From positions 1-24,086 of IMG/VR virus record IMGVR_UViG_3300018070_000017: a DNA stretch of 24,086 bases, one strand, 5' to 3'. The notes beneath the pieces were generated by a model. It was given only the letters and a program-made list of their open reading frames with translations. It had not been told where the DNA came from and did not search any database. The position numbers were made by a program, and so were the translations under genes. The DNA is from a virus (lineage: Duplodnaviria; Caudoviricetes). This document shows positions 7,031 to 16,124 of this stretch, piece by piece (positions within the stretch are counted from its first letter, which is position 1; every line of letters starts with the position of its first letter).

Positions 7031-8434
7031 TTATAACCCCGCTGCTTTCGCCCTTGCCAAATAGTCAGATAAAGATTCACCATCTAGCTTTTTAAACTTA
7101 CCTGTTTTCTTTTCTTCAGGTTGTAAAACGGTAGAACTAGCCTCTCCAATTCTGCGGGGTGGATTCAACTTCACATTAGGAACTCCACGAGACAGAGCGT
7201 GTAGCATTGCTTCATATTGTTTAACCTGCTCAGTTGCATATTTTGCACTAGGAGTACTTCCGCTAGGAAGTGTAGCAAGAATCTTCTCACGAAGTTGATC
7301 TGATCCTGGACCGGCCTTCAACACAGACCGAAGGGCCAATGAGTTTTCCTGTAACTGTGCAAGGGCAATCAAGTATTCACCCTGATCTGGCGTAAGAGTT
7401 TTTCCAATTGCATACTGAAGCATTCTTCCAAATGCCTCTTTGTCATTCACCACACGAAGCATTTCAGAAGCCTGACCAGCAGCAGCAGCATCAAATTTAA
7501 CTCTGGGAATAAGCTCATTCACCCTGTCAATTGTTCTCTGCATATCGGCAATGAGTGCTGTTTTCTCAAGTGCTTGTTCTGTACCAGAACGGGGAACCCA
7601 CTTGGGGGGCATACCCTGAGACTGCCTATTATTATTCTCTTGTTCTATCTGTCCCATTTTCAAAAGTCTGGGTTCATACATGTTCTCTGCATCAAACATC
7701 ACTTGAGTACGATTATTTCCAAATGCTTCCGCTCTAGCTATGGCTACCTGAAGGGGATCACGAACTTTTCCACGTACAACCCCAGGTTTAGTCTGATCGT
7801 TTGCATCATACCACACATTTGCAACCGTATTGTCAGGTTGAACTTCTGCTTTAACAATCGGTTTTGACATCTTCCTGCCTACTTCTCCAACAACTTTAGG
7901 AACAAATTTCTGCATTCCGGTTTCATCAGTGACTAATTGAACTGGAGGAGTTTTAGGGACAAGTTGAGACTCTATTATTTTTTTGGCAATGTCTCCGTAT
8001 ACTCCTTGGTTCTGTCCGGCAGGAACAGTCATTTTGGGAGTAGGATTGGGGACTTGGTTCACTATTTCCTTCCCAACTTCAGGCTGATTATCCAGGAGGG
8101 AATACAGATCATTTTCTTCCATCTTTGTTTGCCGTGGCTGCTGCGAGAGCATCTCTTCAAGATAACTCTTTGGCTGTGTAGCAGCAGCTTTAGCTACGTC
8201 TTCTGATGGTGAAGTCATTACACTTTGACCAGCACCAACAGTTTCGGGGCGATCTTTATTAAGAAATTCCTCAAGACCAGCTTGTGCTGCTTGCCCCTGA
8301 GCGATAGTTTTATCAGATTCAACAGGCTGATTGGGTGTCATTAATCTGTTTAGCAGATGAGGTAACACAGACCTTACAAGACCATTCCCTTGCTGCTGAG
8401 GGTGAATTTGCGGAACTTGTACAATATTTGCCAT
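7031..8434 (-). CDS. putative internal virion / DNA ejection protein (467 aa)
   Basis: Gln/Pro-rich N-terminal half and helical C-terminal half. Occupies the P22 gp20-like slot. Confidence 0.6.
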   Translation of the reverse strand: MANIVQVPQIHPQQQGNGLVRSVLPHLLNRLMTPNQPVESDKTIAQGQAAQAGLEEFLNKDRPETVGAGQSVMTSPSEDVAKAAATQPKSYLEEMLSQQPRQTKMEENDLYSLLDNQPEVGKEIVNQVPNPTPKMTVPAGQNQGVYGDIAKKIIESQLVPKTPPVQLVTDETGMQKFVPKVVGEVGRKMSKPIVKAEVQPDNTVANVWYDANDQTKPGVVRGKVRDPLQVAIARAEAFGNNRTQVMFDAENMYEPRLLKMGQIEQENNNRQSQGMPPKWVPRSGTEQALEKTALIADMQRTIDRVNELIPRVKFDAAAAGQASEMLRVVNDKEAFGRMLQYAIGKTLTPDQGEYLIALAQLQENSLALRSVLKAGPGSDQLREKILATLPSGSTPSAKYATEQVKQYEAMLHALSRGVPNVKLNPPRRIGEASSTVLQPEEKKTGKFKKLDGESLSDYLARAKAAGL

Positions 8435-8443
8435 TAGTTACTC

Positions 8444-8680
8444 CTAATCAAAACTCTGCCCACTTCCAAGTCCGCCAGTACTTTCTTCCGGTTCATTATC
8501 TTTACGCTTCTTCAACATACCCATAAACCCCTGCAACAAGGCAGACTTTCCTGAACCAGTCCCTTGTCCTCCCTGAGCCTGTGGGACTGAAACCGCACTT
8601 GATCCAACTTGTGGAGCTACTGCCGGAGTCCCTTTATTTCTGTTTCCAAGAAGACTCATTACTAGTGATAGCCACCCCAT
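8444..8680 (-). CDS. small Gly-rich putative virion protein
   Basis: 78 aa, RBS GGGG, amphipathic N-terminus MGWLSLVMSLLG. Sits between ejection-type genes. Confidence 0.65.
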   Translation of the reverse strand: MGWLSLVMSLLGNRNKGTPAVAPQVGSSAVSVPQAQGGQGTGSGKSALLQGFMGMLKKRKDNEPEESTGGLGSGQSFD

Positions 8681-8691
8681 TATTTATCCCC

Positions 8692-9609
8692 TTATCCTAG
8701 CAACCCGCCAAGTATTCCCTTATCAGCATTTGCAACATTCGTTGCAGTACCAAGGGTAATGTTGGCAAGTTGTGCAGCTTCTTCAGTTGTTAGTGTTGCC
8801 TGACCTGATGCTAATTGCTGTTGCAATTGTGAAAGTGTCATTCCCTCATTCTGTGCAATCTGTGAAAGTGCATTTGCTTCTGTAGCTGAAAGGTTAGCAA
8901 GACTTTCACCAGCTCTTGCCTGCAAATCTGCAACATACTCAGCAGAGTCTTCATCTAATCCAGCTCGTTGATATGCCTCTGTTGCAAGTGATTGCATGGC
9001 CCCAGTTTGCTCAGTTCGTGCGAGTTCCGCATTTTGGACATCAATATTCCGTTCTCCAGCAGCTCTTTCTGCACCAAGGGAAGATGCAGCTTTAGCTACA
9101 TTCTCTTGCGCTAAACCCCTTGCAGAAGAGTCTCCAGCAAACTGTCCAGTAGCTCTTTGTGCTCCCCGCATTCCAGTTGCATATTGTTCTCCAGATGCAG
9201 CTTTCAGCTTGTCTATAACATCTTGCTGCATTCCGCCTTTTCCAAGAACACGATTGTACAATTCAGCCCTAGAAGTAACCATCTCAGGAGTTTCATAGCG
9301 TGCTTGTGCTGATGCTGCACCTTCTCTAGCCGTTTTTTCTGCTGCCCCATACCCAGCTTGAGATTCCCCTCTGGCTTGCTGATATCCAGTTCTAATATTA
9401 CTCCTAGCAGTCCCAAATCCAGTTCGTGCTGTATTCTGTGCTGCTGCGCCACCAGAGGCTAGGGATTCTTGAGCCTTTGCATAAGCATCTTGTATTCGTT
9501 GGCTTGCTGCTGCTGATGCTCCTTCTAATCCCTGCTTCTTTCTTTCAGCTTGACTACCGCCCAAGTCAAGTGGGTCAAGAATCTGTGACCAGCCAATTCC
9601 CATTCCCAT
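8692..9609 (-). CDS. putative DNA ejection/pilot protein (P22 gp7-like slot)
   Basis: Ala/Gly/Gln-rich helical 305-aa protein with Gly-rich termini (GILGGLLG). RBS GGAG. Confidence 0.65.
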   Translation of the reverse strand: MGMGIGWSQILDPLDLGGSQAERKKQGLEGASAAASQRIQDAYAKAQESLASGGAAAQNTARTGFGTARSNIRTGYQQARGESQAGYGAAEKTAREGAASAQARYETPEMVTSRAELYNRVLGKGGMQQDVIDKLKAASGEQYATGMRGAQRATGQFAGDSSARGLAQENVAKAASSLGAERAAGERNIDVQNAELARTEQTGAMQSLATEAYQRAGLDEDSAEYVADLQARAGESLANLSATEANALSQIAQNEGMTLSQLQQQLASGQATLTTEEAAQLANITLGTATNVANADKGILGGLLG

Positions 9610-9617
9610 ACTTTCTC

Positions 9618-10004
9618 CTATCCTATCACGTAGTAAATGTATGTTAAAAGTTCTGCATTTACATTGCTATTGCTGCCAATTGTAAATCCGTCATTCTGGA
9701 AGGAAAGAATACAGTCCTTCTTGAATCCTGATCCTGGCAACCATGCAGCACCAGGATTTGCTGCTAAAGCAAAAACCATGTTCCCCGCTATCAGTGTGTC
9801 CTTAGTCCGTGTATCAACTTTTGTAGACACAACTACTATCTGAGGAGAGAAAGAAGTTGTAATCTTTCTACTTGCTTTCCCATTCCCTGTATACTCTCCA
9901 CTTGCTTGCTGCAAGAACTTCTTGGATGCATCCTCAAGGAAAAGTTCCAAAGGAACTGCATATTCGTCAAGTGGTTTCTGCAACTTGAATGTCTTACGGA
10001 GCAT
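9618..10004 (-). CDS. putative tail-associated protein
   Basis: GEYTGNG...FSP..V...DGFTIG....N....YIYY is a beta-rich module common in phage tail proteins. Follows the nozzle gene. Confidence 0.6.
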   Translation of the reverse strand: MLRKTFKLQKPLDEYAVPLELFLEDASKKFLQQASGEYTGNGKASRKITTSFSPQIVVVSTKVDTRTKDTLIAGNMVFALAANPGAAWLPGSGFKKDCILSFQNDGFTIGSNSNVNAELLTYIYYVIG

Positions 10005-11862
10005 TATGCCGTCCTAAGTCTTTATAGTAGACTTTCCAACCCCTGAGAACTTGTCCCTGTAAAGCGGAGGACTCTATGAGCCTGATGTACATCCTTCTCC
10101 CAATCTTTTTAAAGTGGATGTGGTCTTGCCCTGAAGCTCTGCTACAATCTACAGTTCCAAGGGACACTGGAGTTCCTTCGGGATCATCCAAGTAAGCATA
10201 GGCTGTCAGAGTAACGCCAGCAATAGGTTTAAACCATACAAAGAGGTGGTAAAAACATTTCTGTGTTTCTGGAGTTGCATCTTGACGAGGATGACCCCTG
10301 TCCATTACTTCTACTGAAATTGGTGTTCCATCATCTGTTCCGCCCGTATCTCCAATCCATACTGTTCCCCCACCGAGTAGGGCCACTGAGTTGTATGCTG
10401 CTCCAAGGTAGAACTGAGGAGTATTTGTTGCATCGTGCATCATTGTACAATAGTTTGCTATCGTGTTGTCAAGATCAGTTGTTCCCCACACATCCTGAAG
10501 GTAATCATACCAGATCATTAAATCACAGAAATTTGATCCCCCATCTGGTACAATCCATCGACATTGATTCTTCGAGGGAACCACAGTTCCCACTGTTTTA
10601 CCTAGTTTCAATAGACTCAACCCGTTCAGGATTGGCTCTATTTTTATCCCTGTGGGGGTTGCATTAACACCATCATAGAAGTAGAATCTTCCACTTGGGC
10701 TTATGAATGCCAGAACGCCCTTGTTAGGAACATCTACAATACAGGCATTGTTGACTGACCCTGTGAATGTAACTTTCCTGTCAAATCCAAAAGTTGTTCT
10801 ATCATCTCCTGAAGCATTCCAAATTGACCCGCCCTTGAAAGCTACCATTGTAGTAAGATATCTTTTTAACCCGGTGATGATCTCCCCGTCATTTGCATCA
10901 AGATCACGATAGTCTGCTGAGCTATCTACTGATGCTGGTCTTCCCTGGTAAGAAAAATAAATTCTGCTCAGGTAGGATGGATCACCAGACATGAATGCTA
11001 CACCCTTGTACATCTCGATCATGCTGAAATGAGGAGGAACTCCAAATGCAAATTCCTCTACTGCATCCAGCAAAGTTGTGTCTGCAAAGGTGTCTGTAAA
11101 TGTCGTTGTTGAATTATCTGCAATCGTTGCAAGGTAAGAATAAACCCCACCATCAACAAATGTCCTATATATATTCCTCTTCGTGGTCTGTGCATCCGGT
11201 GACACTGGAATTGCGGTCAAAGGGATTGTTTTATTTCCCCCAGCAGTTGTTATTGCGTTTGAGGCAACTGAAGGATTTGATTCTTCCCCAAACACATTTT
11301 CGTAGGTGATTTTATACTTATAAGTTCCTATTGAAAGACTTCCCCCCGCTGAAGCTGCTCCCGCCGTGGTTGTAGTCACTGGTGCAGCAATTCCCATGTT
11401 CCAAACAGCAGGAGTTGCATTATTAGCATCAAATCTCAGGTTGCCGTCTGTCGTTGCCCCACCACCAATGTACATCTGGTCATAGAAAATTGCAGAATCA
11501 TAAAGATTGTCTACAGTTCCAGTTCTTGCTCCTCCGGCATTTGTAAGAGAGATTGCATTCCACTCATTTGCAGCAGGGGTATCATAAACATATAAGCCTG
11601 CTGTCGTTGTAGCAACTTTCTTGCTAGTCCCAGAGGAAGGGACATACTCGAAGATTCCAGTGAATGAGGCATTAACTCCAGTTTCTTGTAAGATCGTGGA
11701 GTTGAGTTTCTGAAATCCTTTACGCTTTGAAATTGCAGCAAGTTCAGGAGTATACCATCCCTGCATCTTGTACATGTCATTCGTTGCAAGGAATGGGTTT
11801 GTCTTCTGGTTTATATCACCAGTTAGCCCAAGAACCCCAGAGGTTTGTTCAGGAATTGTCAT
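9994..11862 (-). CDS. tail nozzle / DNA-stabilisation protein (P22 gp10 / T7 tubular protein B-like)
   Basis: 622 aa, beta-rich. ISKRKG near the N-terminus, SRIYFS, DGEIITGL, VAFKGGSIW, FYFYDG. Typical position after adaptor and fibres. Confidence 0.75.
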   Translation of the reverse strand: MTIPEQTSGVLGLTGDINQKTNPFLATNDMYKMQGWYTPELAAISKRKGFQKLNSTILQETGVNASFTGIFEYVPSSGTSKKVATTTAGLYVYDTPAANEWNAISLTNAGGARTGTVDNLYDSAIFYDQMYIGGGATTDGNLRFDANNATPAVWNMGIAAPVTTTTAGAASAGGSLSIGTYKYKITYENVFGEESNPSVASNAITTAGGNKTIPLTAIPVSPDAQTTKRNIYRTFVDGGVYSYLATIADNSTTTFTDTFADTTLLDAVEEFAFGVPPHFSMIEMYKGVAFMSGDPSYLSRIYFSYQGRPASVDSSADYRDLDANDGEIITGLKRYLTTMVAFKGGSIWNASGDDRTTFGFDRKVTFTGSVNNACIVDVPNKGVLAFISPSGRFYFYDGVNATPTGIKIEPILNGLSLLKLGKTVGTVVPSKNQCRWIVPDGGSNFCDLMIWYDYLQDVWGTTDLDNTIANYCTMMHDATNTPQFYLGAAYNSVALLGGGTVWIGDTGGTDDGTPISVEVMDRGHPRQDATPETQKCFYHLFVWFKPIAGVTLTAYAYLDDPEGTPVSLGTVDCSRASGQDHIHFKKIGRRMYIRLIESSALQGQVLRGWKVYYKDLGRHNAP

Positions 11863-11864
11863 GT

Positions 11865-12296
11865 CTACATTCTCGTTTTAATGCCAATACGGTTGTTGTT
11901 GTTTGTTGCATTAGCTGTGTCAGCCAATCCGAGTCCAAGAAACCCCTTTTTGACTATTGAAGGTGCATACTTTGCTACGAGTGCATCTACTATTGACTTC
12001 CCTACCATGTATGCAGCAACTTTATCCTGATGTGGGTGGTGCCCAATTAAAGGAGAGATTTCTTCTTCATGAAATTCTTGCGGATTTCTTGCTATGTACC
12101 TTGTCTGTGCAGCATCTACTCCATTGGCAAGAACTTTTGCAATCAGTAATGTTTTATCAACATTATCTGGGTCAGTTTCCATAGGATGAAATCCTTTATC
12201 TTGCTCCGAGTAGTCAGCAAGAGTTGCATCTTTTTGTGGGCCTGATGCAGCTTTTTCATCTGCATATTTTTTTAAAAGTTCCCTGAAGTTAGGCAT
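11865..12296 (-). CDS. hypothetical protein, possibly membrane-associated
   Basis: 143-aa ORF with ATAATG-type coupling. DAAQTRYIARNP...PLIGHHP...V.AY...NNRIG resembles small phage helical membrane proteins. Confidence 0.65.
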   Translation of the reverse strand: MPNFRELLKKYADEKAASGPQKDATLADYSEQDKGFHPMETDPDNVDKTLLIAKVLANGVDAAQTRYIARNPQEFHEEEISPLIGHHPHQDKVAAYMVGKSIVDALVAKYAPSIVKKGFLGLGLADTANATNNNNRIGIKTRM

Positions 12297-13417
12297 TATT
12301 TTGGACCTATGGCGATGAGAGAAAAATTATAGTCATAAGCCCTCGGGACTATATCACCGCCATGCACGACCAGTGTTGATGCAGTAGGCGTTCCGTAAAC
12401 AGAGCATGTAGCGGCAACATCATAATGTCCCCCTTCGGCAGACACAATTACAACGGGGACACCTGTAAAATTTGGGATAAATGTTATTGTCCAGACACCT
12501 GTTGAATTGTACACAACACTAACACCGCCTCCGGCAGTAACTTCCCCAGACCCACCAATAATGGAGGCTCGTATTATGCGCATTCCTGCTTCCGCAGAAT
12601 AAATAGCTGTTCCTGCTCCTGATGCGTTTACTGCTGTTGCAGCATTGGTAGCATTTGCCACAGTGCTATTCACTGTAGCAATTTGCACCCCGTTAATCGT
12701 GTGCGTAGCATTCGGGAGAACAAGAACTGAACTTGCATTCAAACAGGGAATCTGGTTTGCTCCCGGAGCTTGTGAAGCGTCATATCCGTCAAGCTGGTCA
12801 ACATTCAGGTTCGTAACTTTGGTTGTGCTTGACACAGTTAAAGGAGCAGTTCCAGTTGCCTGTGATAACGTTGCTTTCACAAATGTAGGACTTGAAGCAA
12901 TAAGCACATCCTGATCCATGTGGTGAAGATCGGTTGTGTCTGCACTCAACCCAGTAACAGTCTGTCCTTGTGCATTTGCTCCTAAAACAAACGGGACACC
13001 GGGTGCAGCAGGAGCAAAGGTGTGTGCAGCCGTGATGGTTGCAGCGACGTTGGTACGAATATATGAAGCAAGAATTGCAGCAGTTGAAACAGCATCATAA
13101 GATGCAGTTCCAATGTTGTACACATAAAGTGTATTACTGACCGTGTTGTAGAACCAATGAGGGACATTCGGGGGTGAACCAGGGGCGCTTGCTCCCCTTA
13201 GAAGCCCCCCATCAGCATGAATGTTTACTGCAAGACGATGAACCAGGTCTGCTGCTGTGCCCTTTACTAGAGGGCCAAGTTCATTTTCAATTGCAAGAAC
13301 AGCAGACACAGGCCCATTGACATGAGCAGCTACAACCTCATCAGTGACATCAGCAATCAATGTTGCCGTGTCAACAGCTATAGGATAACTTGTATTTTCT
13401 GTTTTAAGATTTCCCAT
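12296..13417 (-). CDS. tail fibre / receptor-binding protein
   Basis: Ala/Thr-rich. Fibre modules TAPLTVSSTTKVTNLNVDQLDG and ANATNAATAVNA. C-terminal beta knob ending FSLIAIG. Confidence 0.75.
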   Translation of the reverse strand: MGNLKTENTSYPIAVDTATLIADVTDEVVAAHVNGPVSAVLAIENELGPLVKGTAADLVHRLAVNIHADGGLLRGASAPGSPPNVPHWFYNTVSNTLYVYNIGTASYDAVSTAAILASYIRTNVAATITAAHTFAPAAPGVPFVLGANAQGQTVTGLSADTTDLHHMDQDVLIASSPTFVKATLSQATGTAPLTVSSTTKVTNLNVDQLDGYDASQAPGANQIPCLNASSVLVLPNATHTINGVQIATVNSTVANATNAATAVNASGAGTAIYSAEAGMRIIRASIIGGSGEVTAGGGVSVVYNSTGVWTITFIPNFTGVPVVIVSAEGGHYDVAATCSVYGTPTASTLVVHGGDIVPRAYDYNFSLIAIGPK

Positions 13418-14343
13418 TATGGAAGCATTGCCCCCGAAAAAGTAGTTAGAACATTTTTAACCAGGATAGTTCCAGTTCCAGTAGCACATGCATATATATC
13501 AAAGTAGTCTGTTGTTCCATTTGCAGCTATGGCAGATGTACTAATGGATAACAGCGCAACAGGAGAAGTAGCTAATGGGTAAAATTCAGTTATTTCTACT
13601 GCTGAACCATTTTTTCTTAGTTCTATTGTTACTTTAGTCAGTGTAGTACCTGCCAAGTATATAGACCCAGACAGGGTATAGTACCCAGCAACCGTAGGGG
13701 TAAAGGTGTTCGTTGCAAAGTTGCTATTTGTATCAAAAATTTCAGTGTCAAATACTACCTTTGTCTCTACTCCACTGGTTATTGTTTGGTCTGCTGCTGG
13801 AGTTGCTCTAAACTTTGGCCTTGCATTATTACTCTTATTAATTGTTACTGCACCAGACGTAACTGTGAAATCAGCAGTAGCAAATGATGCCTTGCCTTTT
13901 GCTGAAATTGTTGCATCTGTGACCCAAGAATCAACTTTTCCCCCCGCGTCTGAAATTACAATTTTGTTTGCAGTGGGGGTTGCTGTAGCATTTGCCGGGT
14001 CTTGCACAACCTTGCTTGATCCATCAAGTGATGCCAACCCAGATGCTTGTGCTTTTGAATCATAAAAAGAGTCAAGTTGTGGGTGAGTTCTGGTTCCAAC
14101 GTCTGTCAGCAACGTATGGCTTTTGGTTGCGATGTCTGCAATACTGGAAGTTGTTTTATCAACCTTAGACCATGCAACCCCAGACATCTGCGTATCCGTA
14201 ATAGTTGCATTCTGAATGGCAGACCCAGGGATAACGTTTGTTCTGAACAACCCAGTGACGAGGTCAAAGAACGGAGAGAAGAAGTTTCTCAGTTCAGTTC
14301 CCCAGGTATTTTCTGACCCATCCTGTGAAGGGAATATTGGCAT
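13417..14343 (-). CDS. tail fibre-like protein with C-terminal C1q/TNF-like domain
   Basis: WGTELR N-terminal anchor, GLASLDGSSKV fibre repeat, and C1q-like PKFRA...VVFDTEIFD...FTPTVAGYY...FSGAML. Confidence 0.75.
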   Translation of the reverse strand: MPIFPSQDGSENTWGTELRNFFSPFFDLVTGLFRTNVIPGSAIQNATITDTQMSGVAWSKVDKTTSSIADIATKSHTLLTDVGTRTHPQLDSFYDSKAQASGLASLDGSSKVVQDPANATATPTANKIVISDAGGKVDSWVTDATISAKGKASFATADFTVTSGAVTINKSNNARPKFRATPAADQTITSGVETKVVFDTEIFDTNSNFATNTFTPTVAGYYTLSGSIYLAGTTLTKVTIELRKNGSAVEITEFYPLATSPVALLSISTSAIAANGTTDYFDIYACATGTGTILVKNVLTTFSGAMLP

Positions 14344-14570
14344 TAAATTGTCTCCAAAGTGTACGTTGCTGTGCTTGCTGTTTCAGTGAGGTAGGCGGGG
14401 ATAGTTATCCCAAACTCGCCCCTGCCAAAGAATCCCCTTCCAAATCTCCCCTGCCCAAATGACCCATCTGACACAAACAAATTTGTGGGGGTAGAATCAG
14501 CAGTGAATATTTCAACCGGGGTGTTGAATGTCTCCCCGGCATCATATTTTTTACCAGTACCCCAATACAT
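14343..14570 (-). CDS. small virion-associated protein with FG pentapeptide repeats
   Basis: GSFGQGRFGRGFFGRGEFG. One-base stop/start overlaps on both sides. Confidence 0.7.
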   Translation of the reverse strand: MYWGTGKKYDAGETFNTPVEIFTADSTPTNLFVSDGSFGQGRFGRGFFGRGEFGITIPAYLTETASTATYTLETI

Positions 14571-15220
14571 CAGATAATCCCCTCTAAAAACGCTTCTACT
14601 GTTCTAGGATCATCCCCACCGCGATTTTTAAGGAACTCGATTAATTCTGCTTTACGAACATTGAAGATGCTGGCAAATCCCGCATCGTCATTGTCATTCT
14701 GTTTTTTTGCAAGTACACATGCCCAGTACACAATCATATCATGATAGTCATTCGGTGTAGCCGGTGCGTCTGAATCAGATGCAAGATCGACTTTGCTTGC
14801 ATCATAATAAATACGAAGTGTGTAAACTGAATCAGGAATAGGGTATAAATCAAACTGTGTCCCACGAATGATATACCGTTGTGGTTTACCGCTCTGAATG
14901 AACAACCAATCCCCATTCGCCTCTATACGAGGCCATTTCAACTCGTCCAACTTGATGATGCTATTTGGGTCTGCTGCATCATAAATCTCAAGCCGTCTGA
15001 TATACCTACAGGTAGTAGGGAAAGCATACGATTTTGTATTTGCTGCTGTAGAGAACGTAGCAGACACAGTAAAGTAGTCTTCCCTTGTGGAAGAAATAAT
15101 TGAATTAACACGTTGCATTGCCAAATTGATATAAGAATTAAGCTGTGTATCTAACCAAAATCCAGCTACATCTTCATTCAATAGATTTCTTGTCTGTGTT
15201 CTAAGTTCACTAAGTATCAT
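14570..15220 (-). CDS. head-tail adaptor (P22 gp4 / tail tubular protein A-like)
   Basis: LSELRTQTR...LNSYINLA, GKPQRY...LYPIPD..YTLRIYY and P..YHDMIVYWA form the typical adaptor pattern. Confidence 0.8.
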   Translation of the reverse strand: MILSELRTQTRNLLNEDVAGFWLDTQLNSYINLAMQRVNSIISSTREDYFTVSATFSTAANTKSYAFPTTCRYIRRLEIYDAADPNSIIKLDELKWPRIEANGDWLFIQSGKPQRYIIRGTQFDLYPIPDSVYTLRIYYDASKVDLASDSDAPATPNDYHDMIVYWACVLAKKQNDNDDAGFASIFNVRKAELIEFLKNRGGDDPRTVEAFLEGII

Positions 15221-15232
15221 TTAAACCCCATG

Positions 15233-15264
15233 ATATGAGGAGAGCATTTCTGCTCTCCCCACAT
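15233..15264 (-). terminator. 14-bp GAAA-loop hairpin, possible terminator or mRNA stabiliser
   Basis: Minus strand ATGTGGGGAGAGCA-GAAA-TGCTCTCCTCATAT. G-U pairs favour the minus strand. No clear U-tract. Confidence 0.55.
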
Positions 15265-15284
15265 TGGATAGATTTTACTTCTGT

Positions 15285-16037
15285 TTATCTTTCTGCCCAC
15301 ACAATGTCATACTCATATGTAGGAGCTGTTGACTGTGACGGACTGTACAGATAAAGCAGGAAACTCTGTTGCGGACCAACAATAACCGGAGGTAAGCTAA
15401 CCCTTACATTAAGGGGATTAGTTCCATTTGTCAAGTTAGTGTCTCCTGCACCAACTGATCCAAAGTCCATAACTAGCTGATCCCAAATTACGGGAATTGC
15501 TCCGCGTAAGATTGCTCTCCCAGCTTTACGCCTTGCTCCAGTTGCAGCAGGTGACAGAATTGCAGCACTTGCATCATATACCTTGGCGATAGATGATCCA
15601 CCACACCCCATATTAATGTTAAACGGAATTGCTGCTGTACCACCAGACGTGTAAGCAATCCCATTGTCAATAAATACCTGAGCATGAAGCGAAGTACCTG
15701 CTACACCAGCTCCTGTTACGAGCAACTTGATTGTGTCAAGGAAAATGCTCTTTCCACCAAGAGCATCGCTGTTATAGATCAAGATAGACGGGGCAGTCGC
15801 GATGATTGCTGTTGCAGCAGCAACTCCAAGGGCTACTCCTGTTCCTGCCGTTGGGGTTGTTGCCATAAACACAGAACCCTCTTGTGCCAACCCGTAAGGT
15901 TTCGGGGAAAGGTTAGCAACAATCAACTCTCCATATTTTGCTTGACGAGCATAAGAAGCATTTCCATCAAGTGTCTTGGTAGGAAGTGCATCATGAACTT
16001 CACCCTTCAATTGTTCTTGTACAATTACATTACTCAT
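15285..16037 (-). CDS. putative virion structural protein, paralogue B
   Basis: 250 aa, Ala/Gly/Thr beta-rich, RBS AAGGAG. Aligns by eye with 16125..16883. Confidence 0.75.
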   Translation of the reverse strand: MSNVIVQEQLKGEVHDALPTKTLDGNASYARQAKYGELIVANLSPKPYGLAQEGSVFMATTPTAGTGVALGVAAATAIIATAPSILIYNSDALGGKSIFLDTIKLLVTGAGVAGTSLHAQVFIDNGIAYTSGGTAAIPFNINMGCGGSSIAKVYDASAAILSPAATGARRKAGRAILRGAIPVIWDQLVMDFGSVGAGDTNLTNGTNPLNVRVSLPPVIVGPQQSFLLYLYSPSQSTAPTYEYDIVWAER

Positions 16038-16051
16038 TTACTTCTCCTTTG

Positions 16052-16115
16052 TGCAGAGTTTTGTCTTTTCGACATGGGAATAACCCACACCACTAAAATG
16101 GTTTATAGTTCTGCA
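16052..16115. promoter_or_regulatory. four-way-junction (cloverleaf) structure in the paralogue spacer
   Basis: Outer TGCAGA/TCTGCA stem encloses TGTC/GACA, TGGG/CCCA and ACCA/TGGT hairpins. Confidence 0.45.
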
Positions 16116-16124
16116 AGAAAATTG

